Positions 26,263 to 39,749 of a stretch of DNA of 64,000 nt are shown here, one piece after another (position 1 is the stretch's first letter; each line of letters opens with the position of its first letter). Position numbers and translations under genes: made by a program. The DNA is from Azolla caroliniana (taxonomy: Eukaryota; Plantae; Polypodiophyta). The notes under the pieces are model-generated. The model made no database searches and had not been told where the DNA came from. It worked only from the letters and a program-made list of their open reading frames with translations. Location of the stretch: positions 930,001 to 994,000 of the forward strand of contig JBHGNT010000002.1 of NCBI GenBank assembly GCA_043228905.1, given 5' to 3'.

Positions 26263-28923
26263 ATGACAGCAGAGCGATACCTGGAGCGGCAAGCAAAGCG
26301 AAGCCGAGTGACTATACCTACCCTCACACCATTAGACTTCCAAGACATACCTCTCCGAGATGCCCCCTCTGCCTTCCGAGCCCGTCTCCATGCCATCCTC
26401 CACCAAGAAGAAGAAACTCTAAACCTAGACAAAACCCTGTCCCATGACCGATCATCTCCGGTGCCTTCTTCACTGGGAAGGGTAGTGTTTAACAGCTTCA
26501 ATGCACCCAAGTTTGATACTTCCTTGGCCCCTCTCGGCCTCGACCACCCACATGCGGCCACCATCATCGGAAGCTCCCAACAAGGTAAGACCACATTGCT
26601 GAACTCTTTGCTGAATTTATTCGGTTTCCTTTACCCTCACCCAGTTTTTCCTGATATCAACCTCTTACCGACCCATACCCATGGCTCCGTGGGATTGCCT
26701 TTCCCACTCCGCCTTGAATATGGCCCGAAATATGAGATTTTTCTTCAAAGATGGAAAGCTTCAAACCTAGAGAATGTCATGTGTAAAGTGGTGGAACGCT
26801 TGCTTGCCGAAAATTCCGACTTTTTCAAAGATTTGGAGGTTGGTTTGGAAGAGGTGACATCTGGCTCTTTCCTAGAGTTTGTTGCAAAGCATCGCCACTC
26901 AGATGAAGAGTGCAGCACTAGGTCTATTCCTCATGAAAATGAGGGTTCCAATGATCACAATGACAATGAGGCTAGGTGTAGTACATCCTCCGAGAAGAGT
27001 TTAAACTATGCTGACAACTCTAGGTCTAGTACATCTTGTGGGAACCAGTGTTTAAATGATGATGAGGATAGGTTCTACTTTCCTAGTCAATCTGCAATAG
27101 AGCATCTGAATGCTGATGGGGGTGTTGAGCACCATGATTTCTCTTCAGTCGAAGAGCATGTCCACCAAGCCATCCAAGACTTCCTCGTCCACCTCGTCGA
27201 GGATTCTCGATGGTTCCATTATGAGAGAATCACTCTCAAATGCCCCTCACAGCTCCTGAAATACCTCAAATCAGAGATAGTTGACACTTACATCCTTGAC
27301 CTTCCCGGGGTTGGAATTGTCGATGATAACAACTTGCTTGTAGAAGAGCTAGTTCTCCGAGATATGATGGAAGCAGCCACTGTCATTATCCTTACTGGTG
27401 AGCGAAGTTTTACTCATGATGTCATACGGGTTCTCAAGAATTCAGTCTTTGAGAGGCTATTAGACCCTTCAGTGGTTCCAAGGCCGACCGTTGCTATCAC
27501 TAACTCACGGAATCTACGAGGTCTTAAGGAGGAGGAGATGGAACAATGGCGTTCAGCCACTTTGAATGGGAATTTAGGGTGGAATACAGAGTTAAAGGCA
27601 TTTGCAAATGATGCCTTCTCGGGAAGAAGACATCGAGAGATTGAAACCCTCGAACCAGATCTGTTTCCGAATGATTTGGAAGGCTTTCTTGATTCTAAAA
27701 AAGGGTCGTGTGAAAAAGGTGTGTCGAGGCTTGTTGGATACCTCTTAAGGTTACCTCAAGAGGCTTTAATAGCATTGGTGGGAGATGTATTGGACCGAGC
27801 AAGATCAGTAATGGGTATGGTTGACAAGCTATGGCAAACTGACAGTGTCACGTGGCAGGGATTGCGGTCGTGTAGATTGAAAAAAGAAATCAAACAACTT
27901 AGAGATGAAGAGTTCAAGAGGGATTTGGATGCTGAATTGACGATCACAGCTCAGAGGAATTTTTTCGGCTTCGAAATGGCGGTGACAGCTACATCATCCA
28001 AAGCGGGATTCAAATCCTTGGAGCCGCAGATGCATTATATGGAGGAACTTTTCCGGGAACAGAGATGCAAACTTTCTGATCGGCTCAAAATGATGAAACC
28101 TGGAAAAAGCAACCCAAAGCAAGAAATTACCAAAATGGTTAAGGAGTCTCTTCTTCAGATTGCCTCTCAGTGGGATGAAAATGTTGGAATGAAAGCATTT
28201 AGGCAGTTCTTATATCATGCTCAAGAGATAACCAAATCCTTATATAGGAGGTGGGCGAGAAAGCTTTTTCTTGGTGGGAAAAGGGGTTCTAAACAGGATG
28301 AGAAACAAGAAAGGGCATACCAGTTCATGGTCGACTACCTGATAGCATCTGCCACTGATGTGATAAGTGAAGATAATTTTAAGTATACTTTAACGCACAG
28401 CTTCCGCCAACATGCTTGGAACCTAGACCTTAAGGATTTTACGAAGATGGGGTTAAGAAAAGGCCGCTCAACATTGCTAGCCATTGGTCAAATAGAGGTT
28501 TCTATGCAAACCATATTGAAAAGCAAAGAAGTTTCTTTTAAGGAGTGCATGCAAGAGCACATGTCTCTACAATCTGCATCAATTCAAGAACTTGTCCGCC
28601 TTTTGAAACGAATCATATTTGTCACTTTTGAAGACTGTGAAAAGAATTTTGGATTGGTGATGAGTGCATTGGAGAATATTGCAAAAGGGAAACTAGCGAT
28701 TAATGATGATCCTGTTGTTATTTTGCGCAAAGATCTTGAAGCATTGGCAAAATGCATTGAGAAGTAAGTTCCTAGATTGTTTCAGTTGTGTTTACATATC
28801 GGTGTTTGTTTTTTGTGTGTTTCTGATTCCCTTGAATTATGCAGGTATCTTGGAAATCTCAAAAAAAAACGGGATATCTTTGGTGCCGAGGAGCTGAAAA
28901 AGGTTCTTCAAGCTCACTCTTAA
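26263..28923 (+). CDS. Divergent dynamin-superfamily large GTPase (NUGGC/SLIP-GC- or bacterial-dynamin-like), ~859 aa
   Basis: 2.5-kb exon with IIGSSQQGKTTLLNSLL (G1), NLLPT, ILDLPG (G3), VAITNSR (G4 position) and a long helical C-terminus. Predicted intron 28764-28844 (GTAAGT...TGCAG) adds YLGNLKKKRDIFGAEELKKVLQAHS*. Confidence 0.7.
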
Positions 28924-30764
28924 GTTCAAGTTTGAAGCATTGTCTATGTAATGCTGGAGACATATTTTCACACTGGTCTTTGGTGACATTGATATCAAAC
29001 GCTAGTGTGAAAGTATGTCAGTTCATGGCTCAATATTGGACATTGACTCAAGGTGCTTCACCCCTTGTGTATTTTTGTTTATATGTAACATGCTTAATTG
29101 TGGGTATGTTGACTCTTAATCTTATCGCTTGTCTAACATATTTTGGTTTACAATACATGTGAAAAGACTTTGAGGATATTTTTCACCCTTTTTTTTCATG
29201 TCATATGGCCGATTATGTATATGCTGATCTTTTTGAAGACATTCTTCAATTAGCCTGGCTCCATGTGTATTTTTGTTTGTTCTTAACATGTTCAAATTGA
29301 TTCTAAATCTGACCACTTTCGTAACATGTTATGACATGAAAACCTTTGGAGGATACCACTCTCTGTTGATACCATCTTCATTTCATAAGCTGATTTTTTG
29401 ATGATTTATTGTGAATTGTGCTTGTGCACGTCATATTATGTGCAAATCTGAACTTGCTGAAGTGACCTTAATGCAAAAGCCCAACAATATCTCTACTTCA
29501 GGTATAAGTTAATAGAGATGGCATTTTGAGTTTCAAATTTCCCATGCGACATATATGTGGTATGTATGAATGGTCCTTCACTCTCATAGGTGATTCCTAT
29601 TGGAGTGTATGGTTTTCATATTCATTAACCCTTGTGGCAATTGAAAAACAAATTGGAGCATTTTGTCTAATTTTATCTGCTGTAGAAGTAGTAGAGTAGG
29701 CACTTCATATCATTGAGGATGTAGAATGCATGTGTGCTATAGGACACAGGTGCAATTTGCATGACAACTTGGAGGCCTATTTTAATACATTGAAGTGCAA
29801 GCCTTGTAATCTCTTATTTTCTGACTATCGCATGTGGCAAACTGTATCACTATTGTTAATTTGTTACTACATTGATATTTCCATATGTGTTTATTCATGT
29901 CCAATAGAAAAGCGTAAAGCTAATGGCACAGTTTTTGTAAGCTACATGTAATGTATTACAATACATTGAGATATTCACCTTATCTCATGTTTCTTAGTGT
30001 GTTAAAATTTCCCGCACTGTGGCAATCCACATTTGACTACTGTGAAAATATTAATTACTATGCATTTCCATATACTTTTATGAGACTGATTAAAAGGAAG
30101 TGGCTTTGAAATCAAGAAGTCAATGGATCATTCATACTCTTGACTTATTTCATATGTTAGTGCATTGAATCATTATATGCTGGAATCACGTGAAATAATT
30201 TTCGAAATAAGATTGTTTTGGATTTAAATAAGTGCATTTAAAATTGTGTTTGCCACAAAAGACTACCTTAGCAAGTGGTTGTGTAAGGTTGTAAAAACGT
30301 GCCACCTTTGATGTTAAATAAAAAATCAACATGACAAATACTGTATATTTAGAGATTACAAATGACCCCTCTGATATAATGACAAAGCAATGATCTATGA
30401 AGAAACTATAAATATAGTAAGATAAACTGGATGAGCAGAGCTTAATGAGCAATGCAAGAGAAAAAAATTCATTAAAACAAAGCTGTAAAGCAAATCCATT
30501 TGCACACATACATGTGCTACTACTACCCCACAGCAACACAAAGCATTCTAGTTCCTTCATAAGAAATCAAATCACATCAAACTTTTGTGATCAGTTAAGT
30601 GGGTGGCAAGAAGCACATTATGTGGGTTCGTTGGGAGGTTAGACCAAAATGATACAAGAATATTATAAAACACATGCAATCCATTATCAAAACCTATGAT
30701 TTAGAGTCACCTATTTCATTGTTAGAAAATTACTCATAAATAAAACTTGTCAAAAACCAATCAA

Positions 30765-31060
30765 GATTTCGTGCAGTTAACTTATGATGCAATGGTACAA
30801 CATTCTTTTACATTTTGTCGTCATCAATCCAATGTTCCAATGTCTAATTCAGTGACTCAACAAGCTGTTTTCATAATTTTAAATTATGCATATTAAACAT
30901 AATCCAAAAACAATCAATATTCAATGTGGATTTCGTGCAGTTAACTTATGATGAAATAGTAAGACATTCTTTTGCATTTTGTCATCATCAATCCAATTTT
31001 CGAATGTCTAAATTCCAAGACTCACCTGGCTAGTTTTATAATTTTACATTATGCAAATTA
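30765..31060. repeat. ~165-bp tandem duplication downstream of the phosphatase-like gene
   Basis: gatttcgtgcagttaacttatgatg...cattctttt.cattttgtc.tcatcaatccaat occurs at ~30765 and ~30929. Confidence 0.7.
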
Positions 31061-31152
31061 AACCAAAAAATCTTTCTAATTTGCTGGGGTTTATGTACAA
31101 ATCAGTGTTCGAATGAAATCAGGTAATACATTCACACAGTGACGAGATACAT

Positions 31153-33945
31153 TCAGATCCTAACTGTAAGAATCTCACAATTATGCATTCTTTTACGTCT
31201 ACCACTCAGTTCCTGCATACAAATTTCAACATCTTATATGTATACTCTTACACTATCTCGCACACACACACATACACCCACATTTCATGTACTTATACTT
31301 TATCTAGTATGTATACTAAATGTAAATGTATAAATAAAACGTGGTTTAACAAGGACACAGAGAAAAAGCCTGGTCTTTTACATCCATCCCCAATGACAAT
31401 GAAAATTTAACTATATATGTCCCAACCCTCACATCTATCTATCATCCGAAAGGCACCAAGATCATATGTCAAAAAGAACAAAAGATGAGAAAAGAAAATG
31501 CACTAACATGAATAGGAAGTATATAAGAAGGTGTTCCCTACCTTGAAGAATGTAGAATGGCCAATGACAACAATTCTGGTTTCTGGTCTTGAAAGAAGAT
31601 ATTGACGAAATATACCAACTCGTTTTCTTAAGTGATCTGAAACACACACATACACACACACACGATGTTTAAATTCCAAATTTTACTTACATAGCATAGC
31701 TTCTTCATTAGCATGTTGCAAAACAATTACCCATGCTTTCTCTGCTCTGAAAGATTCCCTTCAAGGGGTCATTTGGAGCATGTTTTGGTGAGAACCACCA
31801 TGTCTCTTCAATTCCAATGAAGGATAGCATTGGGAAGTCTCTTGAAAGCATCTGAATGAGCAAACAAATGTATATATACAAAACGAAATGCTCATAATCT
31901 CTCAGATTATACACACTTACACTGATTGGTCTGCCCACATCTCCACTGTTGAAAACATGCTCTGAGTGAAGATCAGAAACCTCAATCGGACAAGCATTGG
32001 AGCTCTACAAGGAAAAGAAAACTGTTGTGATTGCCAAATAATCACAAGTCACACAATTTTCCTGCATACTATATATCCAAAGAGAGATTGTAAAATATTG
32101 CATATAGATTATAATTCAGAGTATTATAAATTTGGTACCATATCCAATGTGTTTTTCTAGTAGGCATGTGTTGATCCCACTATCTTAATTACAAATTTAA
32201 CCTAATAAACATGGTCAATAAGTTAAAACATGTCGAAGGCTATATCTTACTCTCCACCCAACAGTTTCTAACATCTTTGGCTTTAAAATGCTCGTTCTAA
32301 TGTTGAGCTGCAAGGTTACTTTTCACCATGATGAAACATTCAAAATCTCCAAAGCTATCAAAAGAAACTTAATATGATCATAAATATTGATCACGATATA
32401 TTGGGTACACTTTACATAGAAAAGACAGGTCAGTAGAGACACACGTTCATCATGATATTGGGAACACTTTACATAGAAAAAACAGGTCAATAGAGAGATT
32501 TAATGCCCAGGATTACTCACACACGATTAAAAAAAAACTACTTTACATACAGAGATTTGTTCAATAGAATATATTGAAATAAATTATTATTTCAAATTCA
32601 CCTGTGCCAGATCAACTGCATTTTGAAGTGTCTGTAATGCCCGCGTCAAAGGTGATACAATGATCTGCATATTTGGGAATCTTTCAGCATATACATCATT
32701 GCATTTTATCCCTTTGAAGGATTTTAATACGGAAATATGGTTCTTACATTTCTTTTTTATAAATTTCCTTTCATCATTTTTGGCCTCTCAATCAATAGAC
32801 ATGAGATGAACTTACCACTTGGGCTTCAAGGCAAAACACCTTACTTTTCAAAGCAATAGCCTGCATGTTTATATAATCAGTTGAAAATGCATGAAGATTA
32901 TGATAGAATCATCACAAGGTGCTGTAACCTGTTGGATGCCAGTTGGAGATATGATAACATCGAAAGGATGATTTCCTGGTTTCGTTCTGAAATAACCCTC
33001 AGTGTATGTAGTATGCCCATGACGAATCAGATGCACAATCTGCAAAAACTAATAGGCAATGAGTAAGGGGAATTAATCTAGAACCTGATCGTTCAAATAA
33101 ACCAGGTATTTATGCTTAAAATTATATACATGTTGAAGATGTGTCTTAATCTAAACGATGTTAGGTCTTATGGCGTTTCCATGTAATATTAAAGCCATTT
33201 ATTTCAGCTTCCTTTGATCATCTCTCATATATATAAATATGAAGAACTAAAACCATGTTTGAAATGCGTAAGATTTTGATGGTGTGGTAGACCATAGTAC
33301 TTCAGTAAGTTCTATGTGGGAACCATTTTTCCCTATCAAAATAGTTTATAAACCATAATGTTCAAGGATATGCATAATGCACTCCCTTTGGAACTAAAAT
33401 CAGAAGGAAAAAATTTAGAGTATATTGTAAGAACCACATTTCACTACGTTATAAAAAGATTCTTCCATCATAGAAATGCAATGATACATGCACTCCTTTT
33501 ATTGAATAAATATCACATAAATGATGATAGAATAAAAAGACATAAACGGACATAGACTCTGTAAGAAACAAATTTCTTACACCACAAAAATGGAACGATA
33601 TATACACTCCTTTTCGGGGATTAAATACCACATAAATGATGATAAAAAGGATGTGACCTTATGCAGGAAACAGATTTCCGCATATTAAAAAAACATTCTA
33701 GATCATATAAAAAGCATGCATTCCTTTTGGTGATTGAACATCACATAAAATGATGAGAAGAAGAAAAAGAGAGTGTACATACCTTCTTCTGTCTATTGAA
33801 TAAAGAAAACAACGGAGGTGGACGAAGCGAAAGATTCTGTTAAAAAAGGAGGGGAAAAGAAGATGAAGATGATGGATTTGTTCAATGTTCGGGGAAATGA
33901 TGAAAGAATCACCTGAACTCTGTTATCCGCTTCATCTTCCGCCAT
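31153..33945 (-). CDS. Histidine phosphatase / phosphoglycerate mutase-like protein (~205 aa, 9 exons)
   Basis: Phase-consistent GT-AG exons: 33945-33913, 33788-33783, 33039-32929, 32860-32816, 32664-32602, 32004-31921, 31851-31731, 31636-31542, 31212-31153. Motifs IVHLIRHG, IIVSPLTRALQT, SRES, IVVIGHS and MHNCE. Confidence 0.88.
33450..33765. repeat. Intronic degenerate tandem repeat (~110-120 bp, about 3 copies)
   Basis: Recurrent cactccttt...aa.a.cacataaatgatga blocks. Confidence 0.5.
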
Positions 33946-34449
33946 GGCTTGTCTCTCTCGATGGAAACTAAACTTCAAATCATTTCTGTCTCTCCATTAC
34001 TACAGGTGTACACAGACACACATACAACAACTTGTGTATGTGTATGACATATTCGCATTCGTGGGGGTTACCAAACGAATGTATACAAATACGTATACGA
34101 ATGCATGAAAAATATTCGTTAAAAAGAAAAAAGAAAAAAGAAAAAAAAGAGAGTTCATAAAGTCCATACCTTTTAGTCTCTTAGATATATCATATAAGTT
34201 ATAACAAAGAGGCCATTGACAATAAAAAGAGAATATTTTACTTCACATTCAAAAGGAAACTTAGACTAATAATATTTTTATAATAGATATAAAACTTAAA
34301 GAGTATTTGTTTTATTTTTAAAACAAACTAAATAAATAATAAACAAAAGGTTCATTAATTTCCCACTTTTTACTCTCCCACAAAATTTGATATTTTTATT
34401 CATCATTAAAAAGGGCACCTCACACTAATAATATTTTTATAATAGATAT

Positions 34450-37400
34450 GTAGGGACTTGGTGGGTCACATCATATGCTTGAGAAGCGAATTTTTAGGAA
34501 GGAATTTGAAGTTGTTAGCTTATGTAGGACAATTGATATTCTGCTCTTACAAGAGCATCACCTTGGACGAGAAAGGACATAACTTTTCAAAGACCTGTTT
34601 CCAAGGGATTGGCACACACGGTGGGCTCCAGCTCACGATGCGCTAGAGAGGAGAGGTGGTGTTTGTATTTCGGTGAGAAAATCACCGGATATCGCCATTT
34701 TGGATCATGGCATACTGATAAATGGAAGGGTCATGTTCTGCTATCTGGAATGGAGGAATGTGAAATTTGGGGTGTTGAATGTTTATGCACCAAATAGTAG
34801 CAGTGAGAGGACCTCATTTTGGAGTGATCTGGCAAACAAAATTCCCTCCTATGACAACAGGATAGTAGCAGGAGATTTCAACATTACTGAGAGAATCGAT
34901 GATTGTTTGGGGGCTCACTCGAACTTGTTATAGGGAGAGGAGCTTAAAGCATGGGGTTTCTTAATTGCTATGCTTGGAATAAGAGATTCTTGGTATTCTA
35001 GTATGGTGGTTGAGGAGAATTCCTTGTGGTTTTCACGATTTGGTTGGAAGGAGAGTGAAGCATGTCACTCTAGATTGGACTGCATCTATGTGAGCCCTAG
35101 AATTGAGGATTGGAGCGGTTGCACATCCATTCTAGCTGGCTTTACCTACTCTGATCACCTTCTAGTTTCCTTGACTCTCGATCCTATTCACAAGAAGAAG
35201 AGTGAGTGCAATTTGAGGATTCCTTCGAAGATTTTTGGTATACAGAAGGTTTAGGATGAAGTGATTAACATCTGGTCAGCATCACCATCATCCGACGACC
35301 CGATACAGGTATTGGAGGAAAAGATTATTAATTCTTCACATGCTCTTCAAAAAGCGGTTAGAGAGAAGCTGGTAAGGTGTCAATCCCAGCTACAACGCAT
35401 GAGGAACGCAATCATCTTAGCTCAAAAGCTTACGCAAGTGGACCCACAATGTTCTTGGGCGAAAGATAGACTTCAGGAAGCCACAAGGGTGTTGCAGGAG
35501 ATTAGGCAGCAATCCTCTTTAGAAAGTCGGCAACATGGTGGGTTGTTAAGGGAGATAAAGTTAAGAGGGAGTTTTTTCTTACCAAGGCTCCAAAACTGAA
35601 GGGAAAGTCTATTCTAAGTCTTAAGCGAGAGGATGATTCAGTGACAACTGACCAAGATGAAATCTTGCAAATGGCAACAAAGTATTACAGAGACCTTTTA
35701 GCTCCAACATTGACAGAAGCCCCACTGATTAACTTGATGCATCATGTAGTTGCATGCTTGAAGACCAGGATAGGAGAGGTAGCCAAAACATAATTGTCAA
35801 AGACCATAGAGAAGGAGGAGTTTGTATCGAGGCTAGATAGGATTCATATCAGGGCTTGCCTTGCAGTTGACAGCCTTCCCAAAGCCTTCTTCGTTGAATT
35901 CTGGGAGCATATTTTTCCTAGTTTGGAAGCTGAAATTTTCGCTAACATACTAGTGTAGAGAGTCAAGCCCTTCCTAGGAGATATCATCCAGACCAATCAA
36001 ACCGGTTTCATGGAGCATCGATCTATTATAGACAACGTGATATTGTTTTGGGAGGCTGTTGCAACAACGAGGGAGACCAAACAAAACTTAGCTTGTTTGA
36101 TGCTTGACTTCGAGAAAGCCTATGATCGAGTGCAATGGTATTTCCTTGAAGAAGTGATGAAGGTGATTGAGTTACCATGGGAATGGAGGTGTGCTGCTCA
36201 AGCCTTATATAGGAATGGCTCAAGTAAGGTGTTGATTGCAGGGAGGAAAGGAGCTACAATCTCTCTAACTAGATCCATTAGGCAAGGTTGTCCTCTCGCC
36301 CCCTTTCTATTCATCTTTATTAGTGAAGCAATGTCTGTCTTTTTGAATAGTCAGATGGCAAATTTACATGGTCTTTCAATCCCTAACACAAGGAAGTCCT
36401 TGCTCGACTCGGAGTCCATGGACGATACAATGCTATACCTTCAAGCTAATGAAGCGAATATGGGGAGGTCATAAATTGCTATCGATCTCTTTTGCAAAGC
36501 ATCGGGAGCCGCCATCAATTGGAATAAGTCCAAGGGTTTTTGGATTAGCTCAGAGGCAGAGCCGGTATGGAAACCAAATGTTGATTTAAGATGGAATGCA
36601 AAAGAGGAAGACACCAGATATCTGGGAATGTGGATTAGTGTAGATGTCGACAAAAGAATATAGTTGCAACAAATTCAAAGTAAAATTTGCAACAAAATCC
36701 GCATTTGGGCAGGGATGAATTTATCATTAGATGGCAGGATCATAATAGCTAAGCATGTGCTCTTGTCTATGCTGTGACAACGGCAACTAAACTATCATGG
36801 TCTACGTTTATTCTTCCCAAAAGTAAGGGGGGTTTAGGATTGATCGACCCTAGAGTAAAAAGTCAATCATTGTTGTGTAAGGTATTGGTAAGGAGCTTGC
36901 TGCTCGGAAATTAGTTATGGAAAACGTTGATGTTTAATATGAGCATCCTTTGGAGTCCACGACTAGGTGGGCATTGGAAGCCACATAAATCATGGCTATT
37001 TTGCATGGACTTAAAGCTTAGGAAATCTAATCGGTTGGCTGATCGCACATGTATGTCAATGATGAAGGTGTGGGGTATGCTTCGTGGGCATCTTAGCCGT
37101 ATAGGTCCACGTACTAATGCTGAATGGATGCACCAACCCCTATTGTGGAACAAGACCTTAAAGTCGACCGAGGGGAATATGCTTGGCCAGAGCAAGAGTA
37201 TGCCGTGGGCTATATTGCATGGTGTTGGGATTCAATCAATGGCAAATTGGATGCAGTTGTCCCCTAGTAATCGGGATAAACTATATGAAGACGCGGGAAA
37301 GTTCAGAAATGGTAGGAAGATGCTTGACCTAGTCGATAAAGTTGTTTACTCTGTTCCTATTAGTAATGGGGAAGAGCGCGAATGGTTCAGACAATGTGAT

Positions 37401-38800
37401 GATGCCAGAAAAGTTATCAATGCCAAGGCTATAGGAAAGAATGGGAAGATCATCCAGTTGGGATCAGTAGTTGTAAGTGCTCATTGGTCCTCGATTAGAA
37501 TTGTGGCACGAGGTGGTAAGAAATGGAAGGTGAATCCATTAGTCGATGAGGTTGAGGAGGATTGGATCTTGTATGTAGTCGAAGGCAAGCCACTTGAGTG
37601 TTTAGAATGGGATCCTACAGAATATACGTGGAGGGACGAACAAGGTAAATCACGTGGTTTCTTTGACTACTCAACTCAACTCACTTGGGGAGATATTTAT
37701 GCTTGCATCGTGAGAAGTGTGTTAAAAAATGGACCCATGTAGCTGTTGACTCGGTCTTCGTGGATAAAACCAAGAGTAGGATATGGAACTCAACCCTCCC
37801 CGAGAGGGTCAAGGTGTTTTTTTGGTTAATCACCCATCGAGCTATTCCAACCGGAGAGTGGTTGGGTAAAAGGGGTGGCATGAGTAATTGCAAGGCCTGT
37901 GGAGCGAGTGTGGAGGACATCACACATTGTTTATGGAGCTGCCCGCGAGCTTCCAACCAAAGAGTGGCTAGGGAAAAGGGGTGGCATGAGTAATTGCAAG
38001 GCCTGTGAGTGAGTGTGGAGGACATCCCACATTGTTTATGGAGCTGCTTGCGAGCCCAAGAAGTTTGGACGAGGAGCTTAAGAATTCTGGCTCGATGCGG
38101 GGTTGAAGTTCAGATATCAAGTGCAATAGTTGTTTGGTGCGCTATAGAATAGGTTGCATGGTTTCATGGGTGGAATGGAAATAATCCTTCTTTAAAGGTG
38201 GTGAATGGAACAATTCAACCTGGAGCTCAAGGAGGTTCATTCTTCATACAAGAGCGGTACGCAGATATTTGCTTTTTAGTGGTTGGCCTTACTGTTTGGC
38301 AAGTGTGGGTATCTAGGTGCAAGGAGTCGTTTACTGGGAAGCAAACCCCATCGGTTGAGAGTTTAATGATGATTTGGTTTAATTTGATTTCTACGATACA
38401 AGGAAAGTTTGACACCCTTTAGGGGCCCTCTGATGCGAGTGAAGAAGCTATATACCATACCGCTTTCTTCTTAAATGGAGAGGTTCTATGATGCTACAGA
38501 TTGTGGATGGCAATGCAAAGTGAACTTATCAGCCACCCAGGTGACTGTTTCCTCCTAGGGTACCAAACATAGAGGTAGGTGCTAAATTGTGAAGAGATTG
38601 GAGGGTGTCTTTGTTGAATGTGGGTTGTGTGAGGCTCATGTGGAGGGGAGTTTATCGAGTAATTCTGTGTTGAGGCTTTGTTGCTTCATTTATACATGAT
38701 GTTTTCTTGTAGCCATTGCAAAGTGGCTTGTAACATATGAGTTGTATATTATCCTATGTACTTTTTCTTAACTAATGGAAGTAGAAATTTTTTGGAAAAA
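34450..38800 (+). mobile_element. Decayed L1-like LINE (APE endonuclease, RT, zf-RVT) with poly(A) end
   Basis: LQEH, LNVYAPN, IVAGDFN, SRLDCIY, SDH, LDFEKAYDRV, SIRQGCPLAPFLF, RYLG and CKAC..EDITHCLWSC, with many stops and frameshifts. Ends in A9 at ~38796-38804. Inserted at AT|AAAA inside the second copy of a ~160-bp duplication (34265-34449 resumes at 38801). Confidence 0.88.
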
Positions 38801-38908
38801 AAAACTTAAAAGTATTTATTTTATTTTTTAATAAAACAACAAATAAATAAAAAGTAAGTAAATAAAATAATACAAAGGTTCATTGATTCCCCACTTTTTA
38901 TTCTTGAA

Positions 38909-39579
38909 TGTTACGGATGGTGAATACCACGAATATCACGCATGGGTCAATCTATGCATACAACATACACATACAAAGGCACATAAAACACACACACACA
39001 CACACACAAACTTACTTACTATGGTGTCCATGAAGAGCTACTTATTATGATGGTAATTGAAGAGCTACAACACCATTGCATATGGATGGAGATGGATGGG
39101 TTTGGTAATTCTCGGGTCTGGTAATGCTAGGAGGGAGGGTGTGGATGCCCCAATGCAAATGTCTATTCCAACGCGTCGGTATGATGGTAAATTACTATCA
39201 AGATCTCATTGTTGGTAAGAATTGGGCCTACTTGTTGTCGGTATGATGGTAAATTACAAGGGGAGTTACGTTAGAAAGAACGAAGAAGAGTGAGAATATA
39301 AAAGGACACAAAAATGAGAGGGGGAAAATTGTATATCCATTACATGCCCATAAGGGGTTTATATAATACATCCAATGTAACGGTTACATGACCGTTATAA
39401 ATAAGACCGTTACGCATTCTTATACACATTCACAATTATGTACATGTGTCCATACACATACTCATCCTCACACACTCATTTACTTTACACATACAATCAA
39501 CCACATCATTACACCTACCCTTATGCCTCCTTGTATATTTTTTATGGGTAACTCTACTTTCAGCCGTGGGACGCCTACA
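38909..39579 (-). mobile_element. Putative Gypsy-type solo LTR
   Basis: Termini TGTAGGCGTCCC...CCGTAACA on the minus strand, flanked by TGAA on both sides (4-bp direct repeat). Confidence 0.5.
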
Positions 39580-39749
39580 TGAAAACCGAATTTGATACCA
39601 TAGATTGACATATTCGTATTCGTCGGGTTTCCCATTCGAATGCAAACGAATACGAATACGAATGGGTGGTCAAGTATTTATTTAACCCAAAAAATGAAAA
39701 AGAGAACTCTCTCTTTTTTAATTTCCTAGGATAATAAAAAAGGAACTTG

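Noticed and set aside
25805-26594. Minus-strand and alternative-frame ORFs near the GTPase start
   Set aside because: Products of purine-rich low-complexity sequence and shadows of the real ORF.
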